From contig PS015452.1 of assembly GCA_048213135.1 (NCBI GenBank), positions 2,336 to 44,870 of the forward strand: a stretch of 42,535 bases of DNA, in the 5' to 3' direction. Source of the DNA: Reclinomonas americana ATCC 50394. Taxonomy: Eukaryota. Shown piece by piece: positions 33,028-42,535 of the stretch. Numbering within the stretch: position 1 is the first letter of the stretch; each line of letters starts with the position of its first letter. A program made the position numbers and the translations under genes. Below the pieces are notes generated by a model. The model had not been told where the DNA came from. It was given only the letters and a program-made list of their open reading frames with translations, and did not search any database.

Positions 33028-36000
33028 ATGCAAGACGTCAAAGGTCCCCTCGCCTTGTCTGCCTCTCACACACTCCTTCTCTCTGCCTCTCGCTCATCTC
33101 CTCTTCGCTGCAGACCAATATTATCGGTTCGTGAGTGAGCCGCATGAGGAGGTCAGCGAGGTCTTCCTCGAGGCCGTGAGCAGCGCCTCTGCAGGAGACG
33201 CAAAGAAGGACGAAGCAGCGACGCAGACACTGACTGAGGTCTCACGCGTGGTGGCCCCGTTGCTCGGCCAGATGCTCGAGTACTACAATGGGTGTGTGCT
33301 GTGTGCTCTTGGAAGCTACTGTGTGTGTCGTCGCTCACTCGTTGCGATGACAGTCTGAGTGCGGAGCGACAGGCGCGTTTCGATCCCATCAAGTGGCTGG
33401 GAGCGACACTGATGCGTGAGAATCCCAAGTTTGTGTCGCACACGCATCGCCATGAGCAGCGGGTGGCCGAGTTCGACGATTACCTTCTCCAGCAAGTGTT
33501 GCGTGCTGGCTGTGTTGTGATGTGTAGGATGGGCGGTGTTTGCTGAGGTTTTCGTCGCCAGTGAGCTGTTTGAGACGGTGTTCCAGCGTCGTCGCGATCG
33601 CTTTGAGAGCCTGAAGCGCGATGCCACGGACTGCACGAGCACCAAGGATGTGTGTTTTGTGGCCTCGATGGCACTGCACTTTCTGCGTGAGAACACCAAG
33701 CTGCTGTTTGGCGACATGGAGGTCTTTATTGCCGACACGGATCAGACGCCGTTGCAGGCGAGCTTGGTTGGTGAGTGGAAAGGCGACGAAGAAGAGTGCT
33801 CGGTTCGTAGACTTCCCACAGCTCACGACCTCGCAGACAAGTCGTTCTTCAATGGCTCTGTGGATCTAGTGGGCGTCTCCCGCGATCAGTGGCGCTGCTG
33901 CTGGTCCAAGAACAACAAGCCGGGAGCTGTCGGTCGTGTCTTGTCCAGCTCGGGCACAGCTGTGCGCGATGGCGATATTCTTCTCCTCTCCACCATGCGA
34001 TTGTGCTATGGTGTGTGTGAGAGAACGCGCGCATGCACGAGAGTGTCTGTGCACGCATTGCTGATGCCAGTCGTCGTACAGGCTCGCGCACGATTCAGGT
34101 GACGCGACATGCGTCAACCGGGCATGAGTTGTTGGTGGCACCGGTGTTTGGATCGACGGGGCATCTGAGGATGGTGGTGGCGGCCACGGTGGAACGTTCA
34201 CTGGGAGCCGAAGTGTCCACGTTTGCCGTCGACGTTTCCGACGAGCCACTCGACAAGTTGGAGGTCACTGGGCTGGAGACTGATGCGGCACTCGCTGCCA
34301 AGGTTTTCAATTTGTTGCAGGGTGCACTGCGATGGTACGCTCGCGTGCGCGCGTGTGTTTGTGTGCCCTCTTCTTCTTCCCTGGTTTGTGCAATTCACAC
34401 ATCTCGTGACAGCGGCGAGGAGGCCTGCATGCAAGCAGCTGTACGATCGTGCCGCACCGCCGTGCAACTAAAGCAGCGACCGCGAGCCGATCTCTTCCGT
34501 CTCGGTCACCAGCTACTGTTGCAAGCCACCATGCCGAGTCCACACGAGGATCTGGTGGTGGTGAGTTGACAGATGTTGTTGTGGTTATGGGGAGCTCCGT
34601 CCTCCTCGTCACGCCTGCTGACCATTGTCGCGGCGGTCACACAGGGTGCAGAACGCGCTCGCTCCTACGCAGTGGTGTTCCCGCACGCATCCACTGTGGA
34701 TGTGCCACGCGGCAGAGCGGACTGTCTGCTGCTCGGTGCCGATGGCGTTGATCAATTCGTCGGTGCGGTTCTTGTATTTGCTTTGTGCTCGTCGAATGTG
34801 GATTGTCGTGCCGACAGCTTGTTGCCTGCAGAGTTGGACACCTTGGAGGCTGGGCCAGCTGTCGACAAGTGCCACGAGCAAGCCGAGGCGCGACACGTGG
34901 TCGACGCAGACGGTATCGATTCTATCAATGTCGACGCTTACCGCATCGCGCTGAAGGGTGGCGAGACGGTGGCGGTGTTGGTGGTGGAGACGTTGCAAAA
35001 TGGGAGCTACTTGTGCGTCGCTCTGTTGAGTCACAGCAAAAATCTGCGTGCCACTCACTCCTCGTGTGTGTGCGTGTGTTTGTGTAGGGTGGAGCCACGC
35101 TTGCCCGTTATCCACAGTGTCGTGCGCACGATTGCTGATGCAGCGCAGGGTCTGGCCGACTATGTTTCTCTGTCGCAGGTGTTGTTTGATGTCGGCAAGG
35201 TGTGGTTCTCTCTTTCCAGCAAGCGTGTGCATGCTTCGGTGCAGCTGACATGAGGCTTGGCGTGTTGTTAGACGTCGGTTGTGGTCACACGAGAGCGAGT
35301 GTTCCAGGAGAAGGAGTCGGTGCTGCGAGAGTTGCAGGTTTGGAACGGAGCACGCCATTTTTGTGTGACTCGGGAAGTACTGTTGCACGCGCACTCACGT
35401 GCGGGCACGCAGAGTTTGCACGAGGATGAGGTACTGGTGCGTGCCGGCATTCTCGACAGCATCCACATGAAAGAGAGGGTGCGTGAATGATTGTTTCATG
35501 GTTCGTAACCCGGTCCGTCCACTCATGCGGAGATCATCACTCGCCGCGCAGAAAATCATCAGTCCGGCCGTGCGCCAAAAAGCGATCGAGTCATTCGAGA
35601 TTGTGGATCAGCTGACAGCCGACTTGGATGCACTGGCGCGCCTGTGGGGCATGCCTTCTGCCGCCGACTCGGCCGACAACAAACCCAACTTTGTCGTCGG
35701 TTGCGTTCTTTTTTCTTACAGCACCTCCGTGCGCTTCGTCCACTCTGCTAAATCGTGGGACTGCTACTGTTGACAGAGCGCGAGAGTGCTGTCATTCGTG
35801 GCACACTGGATCGCTTCTTCGCGGTGTTTTCTAGAGCGTGTGCGATGCTTCAGCAGGTGCCGGAGCACGTGTGGGACTCGGTGGTGCACTTGCGCGCTGG
35901 CAATATGACGGCATTCTCAATCGTCAAAGCCAGTTGCGTCTGGAGGCTGGTCGTTGAGAAGTGCGCGCACGCAATGTGTGTGTCTGACACCACTTGCGCA

Positions 36001-36489
36001 GCATTAATGTTGGTGAATTTGTCGTCGGATGCGCTGCCGGACTGGGAGGCATGTCGCAAGGTGAGAATTGCTGCCGCCTCCATTCGACTGCTGTACCATC
36101 GCCAGCGTTGCTCATCACCGCGGGGGTTGTCGACAGATGCTGGCCAGCGGAGAGTTGCGGAGATTTGCCAATTTCGACGTGTCGAACTTGTCGACGCAGC
36201 CGCATGTCATTCGAGAAATCGGCGATCTCATTCAAGGTACACTCTCAAGCCGCCAACCTTTCCTAGAGCGCTTTCTCAGTTGCCTTTTTCTGCAGGTTAC
36301 ACGATGCACTTGGCCGCGGAAAAGGGCTCGGCGGGCGTCGGCTTGCTCTTTGTGTGGTGCAAGGTGTGCGCGTTTTCCGCGTTGTCAGTCACCGCTAACT
36401 AGTTTCACTCACTCACTGCGTGGCGTGTGTGGCTGCAGATCAATCATCTCATTGTGACGGAGATTCGCTCCGTGCTTGACAATTTGTGA
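33028..36489 (+). CDS. EFCAB5-like protein (Dpy-30/RIIa-like N-terminal motif, possible GAF-like middle, EFCAB5-like C-terminus), multi-exon
   Basis: MQDVK|DQYYRFVSEPHEE...VVAPLLGQMLEY..RFDPIKWLGATLMRENPK resembles the EFCAB5 'F.PI.WL...LMR.NP' motif; C-terminus DWEACRK|MLASGELRRFANFD...EKGSAGVGLLFVWCK|INHLIV..LDNL*; TGA 36487-36489. Family call is from memory of the motifs. Confidence 0.55.
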
Positions 36490-36604
36490 GCGTTTTGTGC
36501 AGTGTGTACCATGTTAGTTCACGTGCGTGTCGGTATCATAGTAAAAAAGGAAACAAGAAAAAACAGCAAGCAAGCGTATCTACTATGTACAATGTGCTAT
36601 TAGG

Positions 36605-39600
36605 TTACCAGCGACTGCGCCGTTGTGCCGAGTCCGCAATCATGCGATTCAGATCGTCCATGGCGCTGTCAATGGCATCGTCGAGCTTCTCCGACGGCGT
36701 CATAGATGCAGCATCGTCGTCCTGTGCCGCACCACCATTGGACCCTGGTCTCCTTTCGGCAAAGCCACCTCGAGACGCCTCTGGGGCCGCGGAGAGTGCA
36801 GGCCGAGCAACCACTGACACTTGCGGAGGGGTGACTTGTCTGGCTTGCGTTCCAGCCGACGGTGGTCGATGGGAAGGCGACTGGGCAGACTTGCCAGCAG
36901 CACTCCCGCGCCCAGCACCCGTCGGATGTCGTATCGGCAGTCGGGAGGAAGGCGTTGGAGCGGCAGCACGAGGCGGGGACGAGCGCGCGGCCACAGACGG
37001 AGGTCTGCGATGGAAATGAGTCCGGAGAAGCGAGTGGAGAGGTGAGACGGAATGCGAAAAACAAAAACGCAACTGTGGAATCGGTCGACGACCACCACCA
37101 CCGTGCCGCTGAGGCGACGACGGCAGAGTGTGCTCGACAATGGCCACTGGCGACTCATGTGCACGATTTCGCGGACGCCGAGACGGTGACGATGACAGTC
37201 CATCGGGTCGCACGCTTCCACGTGATCCCATGGGCTACACACGCACAACACCACAGCACGTCAGCTCCTCTGGCGGACAACTTTTTGGCATGTGAAGAAT
37301 GCGGACGAAACATCAGTGTGAGGCGTAAAGTACAAGTTGCTGCGACCGGCGGCGCCAAAGTCACCACTGAGGCTCTGCGAGAAGGCCATGCTGGATGCGG
37401 CGGAGCGCGCTGTGGTCGCATACAAGAACAAGGGTGAGTTGTGTGAGTCATGTCGGCAATACACCCGTGTGTCGAGGAGACGTACGATCAGCAGGTACCG
37501 GGGGCCGACCGTGTGCCGCATCGTAGCTGCCGAACAGGTCTTCTTGTGCCTGCGCGACAGAGCATCAGTTTCGTGGGATGTCCACATAAGCGCCATCAAA
37601 TACACAAACCCGCTGAGAACGGAACAAGTGCTCCTGCACATCGGTCTCCGCTCGCGTAATCGCATTGAGCATCGCATCAATGTTACTCATCTTGTCCTTG
37701 GCTGCCTGCAGCTGCACCTGATGCAGCATTTGCTGTGCATCCATGCTGTTTGTCGATACTGACAAGCTGGCGGGCGCATACCGCTGGCTTGGCGCATACA
37801 GAGTTGAGGGGAGTGGCGCTGACGATGGTGGCGGTTGCATTGCAGCTGCTGCTGCTGCTGGTGCATGCGCGGGGGCTGGTGCAGGAGCTGCGGGTGATGC
37901 CAGTCGAGCTAGCGGCTGGTCAGACGCATGCACGGGTGCACGCTCGCGCGATGGTGGCGAATGCACGTGGCTGCCGGGCCCGCGGCTACCGTCGGCACCA
38001 ACATCGACCACGCTGCGGAAGGATCGAGACGAGGTCATCACTGAGCCGAGCGGAATGCCCATGGCGGCCAGCGCCTGAGCCGTGCTTGCGGGTGGCACTA
38101 CTGCTGCTGCTGCTGCTGCGGTCGCATTGGAGGCAACTGGCACTTCTGCCGCGAGTGGTGCGGCGCGCGCCGGTGCAGGAGGATAGGCCAGTGGCGCGGG
38201 GACAGCGGCAGGCAGCGGGGCTGGCGCAGGCATCTGCGAGCAAATGCGACGGGAGCGCGCAAGTCAGTGATTTGAGCGCCTAGCAACACACACACACACA
38301 CTACGTTGTTGCATCACCTGCAGCGGCTGTCGCCCAGTATCCTGTTGAGCGCGGGGGTGAGAAGCACGTTAACACCGATAGTCCGACGCAGCAATATACA
38401 CATACCCGCTCCGGCGGCGTCGTGGAACGCACAGGTATCTGTGTCACGGTCTGCAAACTGGCCGCCTGTTGCTGCTGCACAGCAAGAATCTCCCGCAACA
38501 ATCTGCCGCGCCACGTCAGCGAGAGAAGGAGCAACGCGAAAGAGGCACTCGGAGTGAACGAAACGAAGTGAGTTCGTGTGTAGGATTAATTGCGTGAACT
38601 GGTGGTGCTTGTGGCGGTGGCGGTTGCGGCTGTGCATATGATGGAGGCTGGGCCGGTGGTTGCGGAGGAGCGCGCACGGGCGAAGTGACAGCATCGCGCA
38701 GATACGGCGTTGATGATGACGGAGGTGCAACCACCAGTGGTGCTGGCGCTGGTGCTGGTGCAGCGGCAGCGGCGGCGGGGACAGCGACAGCCGGCGTCGG
38801 TACATGTGCGACAGGTGCAGGTGGTTCGTATTCTGGAAACGAGGGTGGAGTCACAGGTCGCCGAGAGATATCTGTCCAGTCGGCCACAACAAGTGCACGT
38901 GAGAAACCAGCGCGTCGCGTGTGCTCTGTTGGACAGCATACACACCAATCGACTGGAACACCACGTGCGGATCCACATGAGGCATGTACACGGTGCCGTA
39001 CGACGGCGGCGGCGCCTCGCGTTGCAATCGCGCGTGTCGCTCCGCTACCGGGTCTTGTGCCTGAACAGCCAGTGAGTTTCCACTCTGCTTGGAGCAAACA
39101 AACGCAAGCATAACCAACTGACCGGCGTCGGTTCCCTCCACATGTCAGCCAGGTACAGCACTTCGGCTTCGGTGGGAGCACGAGCCACGGATGGAGGCGC
39201 GAACTCGGCGTACGCATCGCGCGGTCGGTCGGAATAGTGGTAGTCATCGCCATCATCGTAGTCACCGCCAAACGCGTGGCCGCCGTCACCACCAGTTCGC
39301 CGATCATACATTGGTGTTGGGGAGGCGCGTCGGGCGGCCTGCGCGGCCATCGGCAGCGGTCGCGCAGCACTCGGTCGAGCCACTGGCGGTTGTACCAACG
39401 CCATCTGCAGGCACGAGCACAGTGAGTCGGGATGCGAGGAAACCGCGGGTGGAAGGGGAAAATACCTGTCGCCATGGAGCGTCGTCGTCATTGCCTGCGT
39501 CGCGTCCACGAGGACGCTGAGAGGCCGACCAGCCGTCGTCGCCACCTTGTCCACCGACGGCATCGTCGTCGTCGTACCACTGTGCAGCGAATTGCTGTAC

Positions 39601-40034
39601 CAAACGCTCGTGATCCACAGTGCCTTCGTCGCGACCCGCTTGCCTCTGTGATACCACGGGCGGTGGTGCGTACAAGGGTGGAGGCGCTGCAGCCGGCTCC
39701 CTGGCAACGGCTGCTGCTACTCGCTGTGCAGGTCTCTCCACCTCCTGTGTGTCGTCGCCGGCCTGACTGGTGCGCGAAAGCGACGGCACTGTTGGTGGCG
39801 GTGCTGCTGCCAACAACGACGGCAAGCCTCCCATGTACTGCAAGTGAGCAGGCGGCATGCCGTAGTACGCCATGTGTGCTCCTCCATAATATGCTTGAGG
39901 TGCAAATGGCATGTGTGTGGCGTATGCGCCGCCCATGAACGATGCCGGTGGCGGATACCCTGCATACTGTGGCATGGCAGTTGGCGCCAGTGGTAGCTGC
40001 TGTAGCTGCTGTTGTTGTTGCTGCTGTTGCTGCT

Positions 40035-40068
<34 letters not shown>

Positions 40069-41462
40069 CTGCACTGGTTGTGACAGTGGTGCCACGCTCA
40101 TTTGCTGCGACGGCGGCTGTGACTGCGGCTGTGACTGCGGGTGGGAGTGAAGCTGCGATGCCGGCTGCGACGGCGCAAGCAGAGGCGAGTACGCTGGATC
40201 AGGCATAAAAGGATAGGAGCCGCCACTGTGTGGAGCCGTCGGGACGACTTCCAGAGGCATCTGCGTTAGAATATTATGTTTAGCGCGTCACGCGAGGAAA
40301 GTAAAAGAAGGCACACCACATTCGCCGAATACACACCAGTCGCCAGGGTGACGGAGGACGAGGAGCGTCTTCCAACGCAGGTGGGGGTACAATCGGTGGC
40401 ACGACCACAGCCTCTGGTTGTGGTGGTGGTGGGGGTGGCGGCGGTGGCGGCGCACTGTCAACCACTCTTGCGATTGACTGCGCAGGTGGAGGTGATGGGG
40501 GTGGCGAGGTGCCACGCGACACGACAGCGGGGGCTGCCGGTGCCGCAACCGGCGGCGGAACCACCAACGCTGCAACTTGTGGTGGCGGTGGTGGCGGCGG
40601 CGGCGGTGACGGTGACGGGAGTGCGCGTGGTGGTTGTGGTGGGGGTGGAGGCAGGTCGGCATCTTCGTGCGGTGCGGACCAGCTGTCGGCGAACTGTGCC
40701 AACGGGCCATCAATGATGCGGTCCACCGACACTGGCGTGTCGGCGGAGAAGTGCGAGCGCCCGCTATCCAGACCCATCAGCGGGCTGTAATTCGAGGCTG
40801 CCGGCGGCCTGCGCTGTGGTGGCGGTGTCACCGCGTCGAGTCGGAGGCCGGCCACGGAGCCTGTCTGCGCCTGCCCGCCAGTCGTCGGTGGTGGCGCATG
40901 AAACGAGTCGGTCGTCGGGTCGTAGAGATCCTGCCCACTGGGCGACGGACACAGAAACATGCTTGTTTTCAGCGAACCCGACAGACACAATGCAGCAGCA
41001 ACTACATTCAGCGCCGTTGGCGTAACAATTGAACATCCGACGAGTCGTCATCCGTCACCGAAGTCAAAATGGCGAACTCGGCATCCGCCGACAGCGGGCT
41101 GTTGGTGCCTCGGGGTCCGTTCGAGGCTCTGCTATCCGTGTCCTCGGCCATGTACGGAGTCGGAAACGTAGGCGACTCGGCGACTCGCTTTGTTGCTGCG
41201 CAGAACAGGGGAGGGGAGTGAGGTGAAACATTCAAAAATCCCGGTCAACGAGCACCCCGAAAGCAGACGAAACAACGCGGTGGAGGACGAGACGCAGGCG
41301 GCTTTGTGCGAGGTGACCACCGCATAGGAATCTCGCCGTCCTCGTTTTCGCCGTCGGCATCTGAGTCGCTGCAGGCATCATCGTGCGACGGCATGTACGT
41401 TCCAGGTCGACCTTTGCACACACAAGCCGTGGAGTGAGCAAGAGTTTCAACGCCACGGCCAC

Positions 41463-41499
<37 letters not shown>

Positions 41500-42232
41500 C
41501 GCCACTCTCCAGCACATCCGACGCCTCCTCCTCGTCGTCCTCAAACGACTCCATCAGGTAGACCTCTGTTCGGTGTGAGACACAAACCGCAATCGGCATT
41601 CAACATTGCAACGAGCAAGAACAGAACGCACCCGCTTCAACCACTTCAGCCTCGTCGTCGTCATCGGGATCGTCTTCAAACGACCGACGCGGTGCAGCCG
41701 ATGGCGAAGCATGCTGTACACGCGCGCGCGTAAACACAAAAAGACGAAAACATTCGCATCGACGATGTCCTCGTTGCACGCACCATCGGCACCACGGGAT
41801 CCATCACTTGTCGCAGAGTGCGCGGCTGCGATCGGTGGACTGCGCAAGCCGCACAAAAAGAAAACAAGGCATGCAATTAGCATTCGTGGAAACTCCACTT
41901 CGTGCTGCCACAGCGACGCAACGGGGAAGATGGCGAGCCTCCATGCACTGCAACAGATCGTCGACCACTCGGCGCGACAACATCACCGGTGCACCTTCGC
42001 CCACAGCACCATGCACTTTTCCGTCCACCGCATCGCTGGCACCACTCGGACCTGCGGCAGCTGTTCGCGTGGTGCAAAAGAGAATGGTGAGTCGCGTGTG
42101 TGCTGCCAATCGGCTCTCCTTCCACCACGTACCAGGATCGGTCACGGCCGTTGCAGAAACAACAGCAACAGGCTGCTGCTGCTGCTGCTGCGTGGCGGTA
42201 TGATGAGGTAGGACGCGGTCGGGTGGCGGCAT
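36605..42232 (-). CDS. Large multi-exon hypothetical protein, Pro/Ala/Gln-rich and mostly disordered, with short helical segments
   Basis: Chain of minus-strand ORF segments bounded by GT/AG sites: MPPPDRVLPHH...VMLSRRVVDDLLQCMEARHLPRCV; QDLYDPTTDSF; poly-Q exon; EAEVLYLADMWREP; MDAQQMLHQVQLQAAKDKMSNIDAMLNAITRAETDVQEHL; terminal EKLDDAIDSAMDDLNRMIADSAQRRSRW* (TAA 36605-36607). Start codon and single-gene status are uncertain. Confidence 0.55.
39996..40071 (-). repeat. CAG/CAA repeat encoding poly-Gln
   Basis: [26 protein letters not shown] in ORF 39304..40260. Confidence 0.9.
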
Positions 42233-42319
42233 CAGAGGCGTGACACCCGTTGTATTCGTGGCACGAGCGCGCGCAGTGGCATCTGAACAAAGGCGTCTGA
42301 GCGAGAGGAGCAGGGGCAC

Positions 42320-42322
<3 letters not shown>

Positions 42323-42414
<92 letters not shown>
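42323..42414. repeat. (AC)n microsatellite
   Basis: Perfect AC run of ~92 nt. Confidence 0.97.
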
Positions 42415-42416
<2 letters not shown>

Positions 42417-42535
42417 CGACGAACTACTACTACCTTACCGTTACCTTTACGTTTCGTACGTACGTACGTACGTACCGTACGAAACACGACGACGACGTAC
42501 GACGTACGAACGAGACACCTACGTAAGTACGGGTA

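Noticed and set aside
42415-42535. Odd TACG/ACG-rich tail after the (AC)n run (cgtacgtacgtacg, gacgacgac)
   Set aside because: Looks like 454 flow-order (TACG) noise at a contig end after a microsatellite; the 20-N minimal gap and overlap-free contig breaks also suggest Newbler. Not treated as a telomere or biological repeat.
1-42535. rRNA, tRNA or CRISPR features
   Set aside because: None recognised by eye.

Overview
GC-rich, gene-dense eukaryotic DNA with many short GT-AG introns and CA/GA microsatellites, probably from a flagellated protist (it has a CEP164 orthologue). It is a draft scaffold with six N-gaps and signs of 454/Newbler assembly. Right half: five compact multi-exon genes, namely an unknown putative mitochondrial membrane protein (-), carnosine N-methyltransferase CARNMT1-like (-) head-to-head with a GT61/EOGT-like glycosyltransferase (+), and CEP164 (-) head-to-head with an EFCAB5-like gene (+), followed by a long low-complexity hypothetical gene (-). 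The left half is the unusual part. (i) A giant secreted protein gene (-, 18422 to <6014) has a signal-peptide exon followed by at least 29 tandem, equal-length (285 nt, phase 1-1) exons. Each encodes one bacterial-type cadherin-like domain, with a patterned alternation of Cys-bearing and Cys-free domains. (ii) Just downstream, a spliced fragment (-, 5210-4393) carries a TnpB/Fanzor-like zinc-finger + RuvC-III-like signature. It faces a possible tyrosine-recombinase C-terminus (+, 3-1022) across a spacer with repeated GGACCC(C)TTTT motifs, a candidate YR/Fanzor mobile element. All family assignments are by-eye motif recognition; no database searches were run.
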